Positions 18,001 to 27,422 of a stretch of DNA of 35,712 nt are shown here, piece after piece. The first letter of the stretch is position 1. Each line of letters starts with the position of its first letter. The DNA lies in the NCBI GenBank assembly GCA_964566105.1, contig CAZMHW010000003.1, positions 1-35,712 of the forward strand, given 5' to 3'. This stretch comes from an uncultured Akkermansia sp. (GTDB lineage Bacteria > Bacteroidota > Bacteroidia > B-17B0 > Aurantibacillaceae). The position numbers and the translations under genes are program-made. The notes beneath the pieces were generated by a model. It searched no databases. It was not told where the DNA came from and saw only the letters and a program-made list of their open reading frames with translations.

Positions 18001-19762
18001 AAATACGGCCAATGGAAAAACAGAAACCACTTTCATAACTGATCCTGCCGATGAAAACGGCGCTTTTTCAAATAACTATTCCGCAAACACATTCACCAAT
18101 GTACTCGGTTCTTCTGATCAGCAAAAAATTTCCGAATTCCTGAATCAATTTTCAAGTGTTTTTGGCGCTGTTAAACAAACAATCGTCTATGATAAAAACG
18201 ACAATCAGATTTCGAAAACAGTAAACGAATACGAAGCTACTCAGCAGGGTGCCCTCTCGGAAGTTATTCATTTCGAAGATCCTTATTATTTTAATGGAGC
18301 TCTGCAAGCAACTGTACTTTCAAGCACTGTCAACATACTCAGAGACATCCCTGTCGTCCAAAAAAGCACCACGCACTACGGAATGGGAACTGTGAATAAA
18401 GTTGAAACTCTTCGCAGAGATGAATTAACCGGTGAAAGTACTACCATAAGAAATTCAGGTATAAATAAAAGCACTTCCATAGCATATAAAATCCCCGCTT
18501 ACAAGCAATACTTACCAATAGAAAGTCTTGATTTTACAAATGCAAATTCCAGAAAGATGATACCGTTTGGAGAAGACCTTTACACCTATTCAAATGTTGA
18601 CACCAGCTTAACCTCCAGTCAGGCCAATGGTTATTCGGCAAGCTTTCTTAACGCTTCCTATAGATTATACTCACGAGTTGTTCGTTTACTTCAGTACAGC
18701 GGCACCACCAATACACTAAGTGCGGCGCAATATACGTTACCTTATTACGTTAACAATCGTAATTTTTCATTTGATGCTGGCAACGGATCATTGGACCAGT
18801 ATGGTTTATTGAGAAAATCAAATCTTAATTCTAACCCATTAAATCTTGTTACAATAAATAACTCAGCTATCTGGGAACCATCCGGTACGTATAACTGGAA
18901 AATTGCGAATGAAGCCACTTTATACGACGATATGGACCGCATCATAGAATCGAGAGACGCGAATAACAGGTTCAAAGCAACCAGATATGGTTATAAAAAC
19001 TATTATGTAAATTCTCAGGTTAGCAATTGTAATTACTCAAGTTACACATTTGCCGATTTTGAGAATGCTGCTAATTCCGTCTCTAGTAACGGTACTGCAA
19101 GGTTTGATGGAGATATATTGGCTACAAATTACACCCAAGTAAATTATTCAACCATTACACCGCACACCGGATCAAAATGCATTTCCATTAGTTCATCGCC
19201 TTTAAAATTTATTTCATCGTCGTCAAAAAGTCCAGGTAACTCCCTCGATATGGGTCTACTACCGGGAAGAATTTATCGAGCTTCTGTTTGGGTAAATACT
19301 TCCAACTTATCTAATGCACTCATGTCCGTTAATATAGATGGTACAATAAATGGAACCACAAACTATTCGAATGCCTACTCCGCCAATTCAACAAATAATT
19401 TAGTAACCACCATAGGAAACTGGAACCTATTGCAGCTAGATTTTGAAGTACCTGAAGGTTTCTCGACCGGCAGTACTGGACAGTTTAAAATCGAATTAAA
19501 ATCTAATGGTGGCACTGTTTATTATGACGACTTCATTTTTTGTCCTGTCGAAAGTGATTTTTCGGCAAGTGTATACAATCCAAGAAATGGTCGCCTACTT
19601 TCAAGTATTGATGTTAATGGAATGGCTACTAACTATGTGTACGACGCCTCTGGTAGACCAACTGAGGTCTGGCAGGAAATCGCTCACGCAACTTCCACCG
19701 CGGGTTCATACAAACAAACAAGAAAAAAGACTTACAACTACGCGCGTGGCGCCAACAATTAA
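15032..19762 (+). CDS. Secreted SpvB/TcB-like YD-repeat protein with a C-terminal CBM-like domain, no RHS core
   Basis: Signal peptide; VNQFTGAFNYNVPI...SYNSG...SQIGLGWSLNAGG..RQVSGFPDD N-terminus; TDNWGY, ITDPLGGITEVEYE, GGGVRVKNI; YRASVWV...W..L..F...YYDDF; terminal IDVNGMATNYVYDASGR; no PxxxxDPxG. Confidence 0.85.
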   Translation: MRTKSTILIIILLQTFLKAQQVNQFTGAFNYNVPILNLPSERGPGINIDASYNSGIQMNQPASQIGLGWSLNAGGAIYRQVSGFPDDMLDYEYMDMINNKQIKGQGAMYLTTSGLSGAIDYDFVKTQKGPAMDTAEFTTPAFDIFNVNGPAFGGKMKLSYLKFYSYHSQNMGTNSVPEYKMVPNTQNLTANSFPGSGYFRKPQFHFTGDFADTLVSRHYSTTVNSSTPFRIPSDLVSQLGYPGGSSEPFIGKHLNGTAVSNQNYDLSTGRLASSNFVEYFTNQDINSANNSGFASGPLTTFIDFSSSHARSSSNFPDDGIGYFRITASNGLTYHYALPVYESQSCSFSAPLNYNYSLPTCLSGSLNPYGTNNSSQGLPITGSNIWIKYTNANRYAVKWLLTAVTGRDFVDINNNHMVDDGDDGYWISYDYQLWNSNQIQRSPYYGYDHQYSPDEATEHYPIYYPIEPLSTGAPYKLSGVYGTASISKTEEYYLKKIRSSSHTAIFVMDSRKDEKGGDVADISVSTFKPAPSLLIKRIILFKNEQMDSIIGVNPPSFSQSNYSNNSLFDFSQNINTSSTFFTEAWYQLYSNNWKYCILKNVEFDQDYSLCPKYHGNIEVKCNGADPLTSPSSVQAALSVGNYSSSGKLTLKRILTYDFQNIKLTPSTIFDYQSNLTNGNPDFNPIKTDNWGYFKSDASNNGYSRYTTATSKDYTKAWSLNKITDPLGGITEVEYESNSYKKVIDIEKGTRGPVFIYRIQDVDTLHSYFAITMEEGSNASYPMSEFQALSTNTLTGIKRSICMPFVAAINPSTPSGTIIPYTGFAMGDCTFTVNTTNSGYPTNHVMGNITSSNNAVYNSTNSRMFSSTNIDNYLLPTIHSSPYGSYYYDMAYSGNGFLMIETPIGFEAFGGGVRVKNIKTQNSTNEIYVEQYSYENGVAGNEMDRFDFQVQKTGCAGSLNRYDFIKPKSYTLFDMLPTIGYTKVTVKDLGRINTANGKTETTFITDPADENGAFSNNYSANTFTNVLGSSDQQKISEFLNQFSSVFGAVKQTIVYDKNDNQISKTVNEYEATQQGALSEVIHFEDPYYFNGALQATVLSSTVNILRDIPVVQKSTTHYGMGTVNKVETLRRDELTGESTTIRNSGINKSTSIAYKIPAYKQYLPIESLDFTNANSRKMIPFGEDLYTYSNVDTSLTSSQANGYSASFLNASYRLYSRVVRLLQYSGTTNTLSAAQYTLPYYVNNRNFSFDAGNGSLDQYGLLRKSNLNSNPLNLVTINNSAIWEPSGTYNWKIANEATLYDDMDRIIESRDANNRFKATRYGYKNYYVNSQVSNCNYSSYTFADFENAANSVSSNGTARFDGDILATNYTQVNYSTITPHTGSKCISISSSPLKFISSSSKSPGNSLDMGLLPGRIYRASVWVNTSNLSNALMSVNIDGTINGTTNYSNAYSANSTNNLVTTIGNWNLLQLDFEVPEGFSTGSTGQFKIELKSNGGTVYYDDFIFCPVESDFSASVYNPRNGRLLSSIDVNGMATNYVYDASGRPTEVWQEIAHATSTAGSYKQTRKKTYNYARGANN

Positions 19763-19772
19763 TCTACACATT

Positions 19773-20195
19773 ATGAAAAAAATAACCACTTTCATTTTAC
19801 TAATGAGCTGTTATTTGCTCAGTAGTCAGGCAAACTATTTAAACAGGATAAATATCATTAAGAATGATTCTACTCTGCAAGTGAACAACGGAGATAGTAC
19901 TTATATTTTTACCGCCAAAATTCTGACCCATGTTATAAATGGCATTAATTCTTTTAGCCTCACAAGCAAAACCTACAATCGTCAAAATTCCACGTGGATC
20001 ACGGACAAGGACACCAGTTATATCTGGTCGTCTATCACTTCCACCTCTAATACTAATCAGAATTACTCAACTTCTAAAGCTAACGACAATCTGACTGAAA
20101 TTTCTCTTGGAAGACAATATCCCGGCACCAGAAGGAAATTTATATTCACAGTGTCTGGCACTAATGGAACTTTAACTAAAGAATTCGACTTTTAA
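19773..20195 (+). CDS. Small secreted hypothetical protein (140 aa) between the two YD/RHS genes
   Basis: ATG 19773 gives signal peptide MKKITTFILLMSCYLLSSQA, 10 nt after the upstream stop and 5 nt before the next gene. Confidence 0.8.
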   Translation: MKKITTFILLMSCYLLSSQANYLNRINIIKNDSTLQVNNGDSTYIFTAKILTHVINGINSFSLTSKTYNRQNSTWITDKDTSYIWSSITSTSNTNQNYSTSKANDNLTEISLGRQYPGTRRKFIFTVSGTNGTLTKEFDF

Positions 20196-20200
20196 CCTGC

Positions 20201-23200
20201 ATGAAAAAAATATTCCTCATAACCGCCACCCTTATTCTAAACTACTTTTTAAAAGGGCAAACTTTTACGCTTAATTTACAGCCCACTTCTGGTGCAGGAA
20301 TTGACGCGAATGTACAAAGCAATAACCCAACTCTGAATCTGGGTTCAGAAGATGTTTTACGCTTCTCAAGAAGTACAACCGGAGTAAAAGAACGGTCATT
20401 TTTACAGTTCGATATTCATTCCTTACCTGCGGGAGTCGACATTATTTCAGCCAAATTGATACTCTATGGAGTAAATCATACCATTGTTAACTCCGGAAAC
20501 GGTATTTTACAATTAGTTCCGGATACCTGGTCTGAAAACACCGTCAATTGGAATATCTCAACCACTCTCAAAAATTCATCCATGCCAACCGTGAGCATAC
20601 CCTCTGCAACAAGCGTGGCTCAGAACTACACCCTCGACGTTAAAGAAATGGTACAAACCATGGTAAATACTCCACTCGTAAATTTTGGCTGGTTGCTTGC
20701 TATGGAAAATGAAAACGCTTCCAATAATAAAACCTATAGATTTGGATCCAGCGATAATTCTAACGCCAGTTTATGCCCAAAATTATCGATTACCTATTGT
20801 AATCACATGACCGTGAATGCATTTGTCGGCCCGGCAACCGGAACCACAACAAGTGACGCTGGCGTTGTATTAAATGTGACGGATGGCGTACCTCCCTATA
20901 CGTATCTCTGGAGCAATGGCGCTACCACTAAAGACATTTATAATGTTGCTCCCGGTTTATACACCGTTACGATAACAGATAACAGAGGCACACCGGTGAG
21001 TAAAATAATTCCGGTAGCAGGCAGTTGTGGAAGCCTCAGTTTTACTGTTCTGTATTCTGCCGGAGGTTTTAGCAACGCAAGACTAATTAATGAATCTTTC
21101 AACAGCAACACTGCCAATTCGAATTTCGTAAACACAACCTTGTTAAGGGCCAATAATATAAGTAGCGGTGGTGGAAATGTGATAACGCGAAGTTTAATGG
21201 CTTTTGATCTGAACGCCCTACCCAATAACGTTCAGGTAAACCAGGCCAATTTGATCTTAACAGATGATGAAGTAACACAAGCCAGCACCTTTAAAGTGCA
21301 GCTACGAAGAATAAATGACAATTGGAATCAACGTACTGTTACCTACAATGAACAACCGAGTTTTAATACAAGCTCGCAGGATTTAATCGATTTTAATTAC
21401 GATGGCAGTCAATCCAGTTATAACATTGATGTAACCACACATTTACAAACAATGATCGGTCAGGTTAATTCCTCTTTGGGTTGGGTATTGAAATTGGAAG
21501 ACGAATCTCCAACTGATGCTGGTATTTCAGCTTCTTTTAAAAATCCACAAATCGCATTGCAATTAACCATGCCCAGTTTCGCCTGCGACGATAATCTGTT
21601 GAACTGGAATCTGGAAGAAACATACGACGAAAATGGAAACATCATTTCCTCTGAAAAGTCTTACCTGGATAATCTTGGACGTTTAACTCAAAAGCTAGTT
21701 AAAAACGCCAGTAACGAAGTTTTCAGAACCCAAACTGTTTATGATAGTTACGGATTTGCTGCCGTAAATTCTTTACCAGCTTATTCCGGCAACCAGTTAA
21801 AATACCAGACCAATTTCATGCTCAATCAAAGTGGACAAGCTTACAGCTACACAGATTTTGACTCACCAGGCACATTAAATAATAATACGGCTCTTCAAAA
21901 CGGTGTATCAAATTCTCTTGGAAACTATTATAGCAACACAAACCCATACGATTCGTATCAGGCCATAGCAGATAACCCCTTCACACGAACAGAGACAACT
22001 GGCGCAGGTAGCAAAACCAGGGTTAGTAAACCAGGTAATGCTTTTAAAATGGGTAGTGGCAAAGAAACCATTTCTTTTAGCATGATTAGCGGCGACGAAT
22101 TGAAGTATATTTTCGGGACTACCGGATCAAACTACTATTCCTACAAGGTCACACAGAGTTCCACAAATGTAATGGATTATAACGCCATTCAGGTAACTGA
22201 GTACATTAAAGCCACAAAAAAAATAGTAATAACTCCCGACAATCCTGAAACGGTTACTTATAGCATAGGTGACAAATTAATTGCAAGTTGTTACAGTGGT
22301 TTAAGCACGGGCGAATCTTACTCCACTATTTCCGGAGTTACCAATTTAATGCTTTACAAAGGGTTAAAATGCACCGACATTCACCTCCCTTACGCTAACA
22401 GAACAAGCTTAAGTTTACCCTTACCACTCTCCATTCCGGGCAATTCATCAAGTGCTCCTTCTTTATCAGACATCTCCTACAGCATCACCGATTTACACAG
22501 AGATGTAAAACTTAACAACGGCACTGATTATACTATTGGATCAAATCAGGTAGTTACTTTTTCAACTGCTTTTCTTAACTTATATCTAAACAAATCCATG
22601 TGTTTAAGAATAAGTTACAGCTATAGTAATAGTTACCAAACCTACCTGACCACTAATTCACTTACGCCTGAAGATGCAAAAGTTGTATATGATTTAAAAT
22701 ACGGCCGGGCAAGTAAAAACTACTACGACCTGAGTGGGACTTTACGTAAAAGTGTCAGTCCCAAAGGGTTTGACATAACTAATCCCAATGTGAGCACCAT
22801 GGCAACAAGCTATGATTACAGTCATTTGGGCCAGCTAATCGGCGTAAAAAGTCCCGACGAAGGCTATACTCAAATGATCTATAACAAGGAGGGAAATCTG
22901 CGCTTTTCACAAAACGAAAAACAAAAGAATTCGAATTATTTTAGCTACATAAATTACGATAAACATGGTCGTGCTTACGAAAATGGCGAAAATCATACTG
23001 CGCGTGCAAATGGCAGCAGTGTTTCTTTTGTAAATTATTATGGTCAGGGAAACTTTATTAGTCCCGGAATATTCTCTTCCATCATTGTTGACCAACAGGA
23101 TGGTTTGTCTTCTTCAGAGAAAACAAATAAAACCGTTACCAGTTATATTGCACCCGCTGCCGGCTCCTCAGGTGATATTCCAGCGGCATACTCTTACATC

Positions 23201-26119
23201 AGCCAATATAGAAACTTTAGAAACGGACTTGTAAATTCTATAAAGAACGATAACAGCACCATTTGGTATAACTACGATAAATTGGGTAGAAAATTAGCAA
23301 CGATTACACAAATAACCGAACCTGATTTTGTTTCGAAAAACAGCAATTTGGATGATCGTATTAAGACGTCTGAAAGTACCTTTGATTATTATACCGGCCT
23401 GAGTACAAGCAGTACCTACCAACTCAATGCCTCCAACGAATACCTGAAATACCAGTTTAGTTACGATGCCAATTTAAGGCCGAGTGCCTCTCAGCTCACG
23501 TATGGTGGCAATACCTACAACCTGAATGCGAACACCTATAATAAAATGGGACAGCTTAAACGTGTGGTAATCGGTAACAATTATCAGGGTCTCGATTATG
23601 TATATACGCTTAACGGCGGATTAAAAGCCATTAACCACCCTGGACTCGACCCAAGTCTGGATCCCGGAGGAGATGTCGGCACTTATGGCGGAAGCAACAA
23701 CAATGTAAACATGGACTTGTTTGGTGAAATTATTGAATTTTACCAAAACGATTACGAACGAAACAACACCAATATTAATAGCAGCATTAGTTCAAACAGC
23801 AGTGTTTACGACGGACTTATCTATGCCACCCGGTTTAAGACCCGGGATCAGGTAAACAGCCGGAATACCGGAGCCAATACCATAAATGATCCCATCAATC
23901 CGATTACGCTTATAAATAACACAAATTACAAACAACAGGAATTACGATTCGAATACACCTACGATGAGTTTAATCAACTGGGAGGCACCATTTTTGAAAC
24001 CTATAATAATTCAAGCAATGCCATTACCCAAAGAAGCGAATACTCCGAAAATGGCAATACGGGTTTTAACATCACTTACGACAGAAACGGAAATATTAAC
24101 CGCCTGACCCGAAAAGCTTATAACAATACAACGTTGGATGACCTGACCTACACTTACGGTACAACGGATAACAAATTAACAGCCATTGTTGACGCGGCAG
24201 TAAATTCGTATAATACCACGTTTAATTTCAAAACACCTAGCAACAGCAGCACAAGTCCCTTTTCATACAATGCCATCGGACAAATGACTGCCAGCCCCGC
24301 AGAAGGTATTAGCACTATTGACTATTTTCCCAATGGAAAAATAAAAAAGGTTACCTTTGCCAACAGCAATACGTGTGAATACGAATACGGTGCCATGGGC
24401 GAAAAACTCAAAAGCAAATATTACAATTATTCCAACGGTAAATATAAGTACACCTGGTATGTAGGTCCATATATTTACGAATGTGATCAGGCTGGCGCCA
24501 ATACTTTCCAGATTAAAGAGGCTAAAATCACAGGAGGTGTAATACGTGTTGGTGCAAGCAGTGTTAACTCAGGTTACATCGTGTACCATATTACCGATCA
24601 TTTGGGTAATGTCCGCGCCTCTTTTACCAAAAAAGATCCTGCCAATTTTGGAAACGTGAGTGGTACCGGGATCGAAATTTTAAGTTACAGCGACTATTAT
24701 GCCTTTGGCGGGCAGTTACCAGGCAGAAATTACGTTTATGAAAATTACCGTTACGGTTACCAGGGACAGGAAAAATCAGAAGATGGTACCATCTGGGACC
24801 AGTTTGAACTACGTAATTACAATCACGACCTGGGTAGGTGGTTTGCTCCCGATCCATACGGGCAGTTTACCAGCCCGTATATAGCCATGTCTAACAACCC
24901 TGTGAGCAATGTAGACCCGGACGGTGGTCAGAGCTTCCAGATTACCGGAAATTCAGGTCGATTGCTGGGTTACCGCCAGGATAAATGGGACCGGGGTAAC
25001 CAGACCGGAGCTTATTCCAGCGAGGCAGTGCAAAAAAGATATGATGACGAATACGAAAACCTGAAACAAAATTACCTCCTGAATAACCCAAATAGAATTA
25101 GAGATTCCAAAGGTTTTACAGATGCTGTTCTGGCTATGAACGGTTACTACATGGGTCTTGGCCACGGGAGCGGAGGCACAGCCGCGAGCATTGGTTTTGC
25201 GTCCGGAAATCAGGAATTGACTCAAACCGAAATTGGGCTCAATATCGGAGCTTGTCAATTAGCTGGCAACCAGGCACAGGGTGGCAATTTTTCAGAATTC
25301 AAACAGGCTGCTGTTGCAAATGCAGGCGTGGAAGGTGAAAGCGCTGAAACGTACGCAAAACGAAAACGAGAAACCATAAGACCCGCAGTTATTGCCTGGA
25401 CTGCTGTTAATTCCATCATGGACCAAAATGGTAATAACACCGGCCGTGTTGCAGTTACGACACATCACTTAGATGGTAGTGAGACCATTGTGGAATATGA
25501 TACCAAGGGCGAACCCCGGGCCGATGGTTCTCCAGCCATTGATCATATATCATTTTTGGATAAATCACAAGTAGACGCCAGAAACAACAGAGCTGCGGGC
25601 ACTTCACATGACACTAGAACCTGGTCGGATGCAGGAGGTGGTTTTGTGGGGCCCGCGCAGAGTAATAGTGGCGCTCAAAGTGGCGGGGGAAATATTTGGA
25701 ATAATGTTGCTAATGGTTTAGGAATAGGCATGGGAGTTCAACAAGAAGTCTTAGGCTACGCGGTAGCTCAGAATTACAAAAGTGCAAGAAATCCTTGGGC
25801 TTTTACAAGTTTAAGAGAAACTCAACAAGCGTGGCGAACAACTAACACTTTAGGTAAAGTTGGAAAAGGATTATTAACCGCCACCAAAGTATTAGGTGTA
25901 ACAGCGGGAGTCATTCAAATCGGTGTTAAAGGCGCTGAGATTTATGATAAAGGTTTTCAAAATGCTACAGTAAGAGATTGGACTGATATAAGTGTAAATA
26001 CAGCCGGCGTTATAGCTACAGTTTTCTTTGCCTCAAATCCTATAGGTTGGGCTGTTGGTGCAGCTGCGTTAGCTTATTCGGTTGGAACCACAATTTATGA
26101 TGCAAGCACTAAACCTTAA
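20201..26119 (+). CDS. RHS repeat-associated core protein with signal peptide, two DNRLRE/CBM96-like domains, an SprB-like repeat, YD repeats and a polymorphic C-terminus
   Basis: RSFLQFDI.SLP...IISAKLILY and RSLMAFDLNALP...ANLIL; PPYTYLWSNGATTKDI; YLDNLGR; core YHITDHLGNVR...DYYAFGG...YRYGYQGQEK...RNYNHDLGRWFAPDP...NNPVSNVDPDG (DPDG at 24914-24925). Confidence 0.95.
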   Translation: MKKIFLITATLILNYFLKGQTFTLNLQPTSGAGIDANVQSNNPTLNLGSEDVLRFSRSTTGVKERSFLQFDIHSLPAGVDIISAKLILYGVNHTIVNSGNGILQLVPDTWSENTVNWNISTTLKNSSMPTVSIPSATSVAQNYTLDVKEMVQTMVNTPLVNFGWLLAMENENASNNKTYRFGSSDNSNASLCPKLSITYCNHMTVNAFVGPATGTTTSDAGVVLNVTDGVPPYTYLWSNGATTKDIYNVAPGLYTVTITDNRGTPVSKIIPVAGSCGSLSFTVLYSAGGFSNARLINESFNSNTANSNFVNTTLLRANNISSGGGNVITRSLMAFDLNALPNNVQVNQANLILTDDEVTQASTFKVQLRRINDNWNQRTVTYNEQPSFNTSSQDLIDFNYDGSQSSYNIDVTTHLQTMIGQVNSSLGWVLKLEDESPTDAGISASFKNPQIALQLTMPSFACDDNLLNWNLEETYDENGNIISSEKSYLDNLGRLTQKLVKNASNEVFRTQTVYDSYGFAAVNSLPAYSGNQLKYQTNFMLNQSGQAYSYTDFDSPGTLNNNTALQNGVSNSLGNYYSNTNPYDSYQAIADNPFTRTETTGAGSKTRVSKPGNAFKMGSGKETISFSMISGDELKYIFGTTGSNYYSYKVTQSSTNVMDYNAIQVTEYIKATKKIVITPDNPETVTYSIGDKLIASCYSGLSTGESYSTISGVTNLMLYKGLKCTDIHLPYANRTSLSLPLPLSIPGNSSSAPSLSDISYSITDLHRDVKLNNGTDYTIGSNQVVTFSTAFLNLYLNKSMCLRISYSYSNSYQTYLTTNSLTPEDAKVVYDLKYGRASKNYYDLSGTLRKSVSPKGFDITNPNVSTMATSYDYSHLGQLIGVKSPDEGYTQMIYNKEGNLRFSQNEKQKNSNYFSYINYDKHGRAYENGENHTARANGSSVSFVNYYGQGNFISPGIFSSIIVDQQDGLSSSEKTNKTVTSYIAPAAGSSGDIPAAYSYISQYRNFRNGLVNSIKNDNSTIWYNYDKLGRKLATITQITEPDFVSKNSNLDDRIKTSESTFDYYTGLSTSSTYQLNASNEYLKYQFSYDANLRPSASQLTYGGNTYNLNANTYNKMGQLKRVVIGNNYQGLDYVYTLNGGLKAINHPGLDPSLDPGGDVGTYGGSNNNVNMDLFGEIIEFYQNDYERNNTNINSSISSNSSVYDGLIYATRFKTRDQVNSRNTGANTINDPINPITLINNTNYKQQELRFEYTYDEFNQLGGTIFETYNNSSNAITQRSEYSENGNTGFNITYDRNGNINRLTRKAYNNTTLDDLTYTYGTTDNKLTAIVDAAVNSYNTTFNFKTPSNSSTSPFSYNAIGQMTASPAEGISTIDYFPNGKIKKVTFANSNTCEYEYGAMGEKLKSKYYNYSNGKYKYTWYVGPYIYECDQAGANTFQIKEAKITGGVIRVGASSVNSGYIVYHITDHLGNVRASFTKKDPANFGNVSGTGIEILSYSDYYAFGGQLPGRNYVYENYRYGYQGQEKSEDGTIWDQFELRNYNHDLGRWFAPDPYGQFTSPYIAMSNNPVSNVDPDGGQSFQITGNSGRLLGYRQDKWDRGNQTGAYSSEAVQKRYDDEYENLKQNYLLNNPNRIRDSKGFTDAVLAMNGYYMGLGHGSGGTAASIGFASGNQELTQTEIGLNIGACQLAGNQAQGGNFSEFKQAAVANAGVEGESAETYAKRKRETIRPAVIAWTAVNSIMDQNGNNTGRVAVTTHHLDGSETIVEYDTKGEPRADGSPAIDHISFLDKSQVDARNNRAAGTSHDTRTWSDAGGGFVGPAQSNSGAQSGGGNIWNNVANGLGIGMGVQQEVLGYAVAQNYKSARNPWAFTSLRETQQAWRTTNTLGKVGKGLLTATKVLGVTAGVIQIGVKGAEIYDKGFQNATVRDWTDISVNTAGVIATVFFASNPIGWAVGAAALAYSVGTTIYDASTKP
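25673..25690 (+). repeat. Cassette junction motif, copy 1 (in frame, AQSGGG)
   Basis: GCTCAAAGTGGCGGGGGA; related copies at 26542 and 27405. Confidence 0.75.
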
Positions 26120-26123
26120 AATA

Positions 26124-26531
26124 ATGAAGAAGCTTTATTACAAAATAATGATTAGTTCAATTTACACAGCTCAACATAATGGTTTTATGAGTGATATATG
26201 GAAGTTTGCTTCCGGTTTTTACTTTGCTTTCGCGACTTCAATCTACTTGCTATTTTTTTATTTGTTTCTGAATAACTATATGTTGAATGATAAACTTGAT
26301 TTTTTCGTGTTACACATTCTTTCGGAAAAAAAGTATAATTTTATTTTGAACATATTCATTTATTTTATCGCTCCAATTATGGTATTGCATTATAGTATCT
26401 TTCTTGCTGATAATAAGTACAAAGCTTTGATCAAAGAGTATAAAGCGCAATACAATAAAAGGACTTTTGGTTGGTATTTTGCACTGGCAATAGTGATACT
26501 ATTTGCAAACTTATTCTTGAAAAAAAATTGA
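26124..26531 (+). CDS. Putative membrane immunity protein 1 (135 aa)
   Basis: ATG 4 nt after the RHS stop; three hydrophobic segments; AT-rich; position typical of a cognate immunity gene. Confidence 0.75.
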   Translation: MKKLYYKIMISSIYTAQHNGFMSDIWKFASGFYFAFATSIYLLFFYLFLNNYMLNDKLDFFVLHILSEKKYNFILNIFIYFIAPIMVLHYSIFLADNKYKALIKEYKAQYNKRTFGWYFALAIVILFANLFLKKN

Positions 26532-26541
26532 AGCTAAAGCT

Positions 26542-26559
26542 GCCTAAAGTGGTGGGGGA
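26542..26559 (+). repeat. Cassette junction motif, copy 2
   Basis: GCCTAAAGTGGTGGGGGA, 10 nt after the immunity 1 stop; TAA where copy 1 has CAA. Confidence 0.75.
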
Positions 26560-26985
26560 ATCACTTCCAATCAGGTTACTCAGTTAGCAAATATAGGTCT
26601 AGGTACAGCAGGGTTACTCCTTAATACGACGCAAGTAGCAGCATACAATGAAATATCGCAAACAGCCCGGAGAACCGGAAACATCGCAAACGCTTTATTA
26701 AGCAAATATTCTATTGATAAAACTATAGGAAAAGTTTCTCAAAAAGTTGGGTACGCTGGCGTGGCTATTAATGGATTAAATCTGGAATATAAATATACAA
26801 ATGGCAAAGATATTAAAACCCGTGATCTCGTGGATTTTGGTATCGGTGTAGCGCTATCTGTCATTGCAATTTCCAACCCTATTGGAATTATTGCATTAGG
26901 AATTTATGGTTTAGCAGATGCTTATGGCGCTTTCGATGGATTAAAAGAAGAATATTTAGGACAAACGGTAATACCTGGAAAATGA
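26548..26985 (+). pseudogene. Orphan RHS C-terminal tip cassette 1 (start-less, 145 aa)
   Basis: Open from SGGGITSNQVTQLANIGLG to the stop at 26985; shares RDxxD and SNPIG with the intact tip; 438 nt vs 441 nt. Confidence 0.8.
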
Positions 26986-27383
26986 CGATTATGATGAATT
27001 TTTTTGAATATAGTTGTTATTACTTATTTCGTTTTCTAATGAGAAAAGGGAAAAGTTATGAAACAGCCAAGACAGCTGCTGTATTATATATATCAGCTTC
27101 TATTTTCTTTTTCTTTTTATCAGCAACGCTATTTTTAAGATTTGTAGATTTCAAAAGTGAGAAATTTATTTTTAAATCTGTCGGCTTGGTTATTGCTTTT
27201 TTATTCTACGGTTTTTTTCATTACAGAATAGAAAAAGATAGCAAATTTAAAAAAATTATAGAGCGATATGAAAATATAGATTCCGAACCCTATCCGAAGA
27301 CAGCTGTTTGGAGTTTAGTTCTAGGTGGAATTGTTTGCTTTTGCTTATCCATTGTCGTAATGGCAATAATCAGTCGTAAATAG
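26982..27383 (+). CDS. Putative membrane immunity protein 2
   Basis: ATGA overlap with orphan tip 1; three hydrophobic segments; KFKKIIERYE parallels KYKALIKEYK of immunity 1. Confidence 0.75.
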   Translation: MTIMMNFFEYSCYYLFRFLMRKGKSYETAKTAAVLYISASIFFFFLSATLFLRFVDFKSEKFIFKSVGLVIAFLFYGFFHYRIEKDSKFKKIIERYENIDSEPYPKTAVWSLVLGGIVCFCLSIVVMAIISRK

Positions 27384-27404
27384 TTCTTTTACGTTAATAC
27401 AACT

Positions 27405-27422
27405 CCTCAAAGTGGCGGTGGG
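27405..27422 (+). repeat. Cassette junction motif, copy 3
   Basis: CCTCAAAGTGGCGGTGGG, 21 nt after the immunity 2 stop. Confidence 0.75.

Noticed and set aside
19506-19772. N-terminal extension of the 229-aa ORF in the track
   Set aside because: Overlaps the upstream gene by over 250 nt; ATG 19773 gives a clean signal peptide
26082-26123. Track start of immunity 1
   Set aside because: Lies inside the RHS gene; ATG 26124 follows the stop directly
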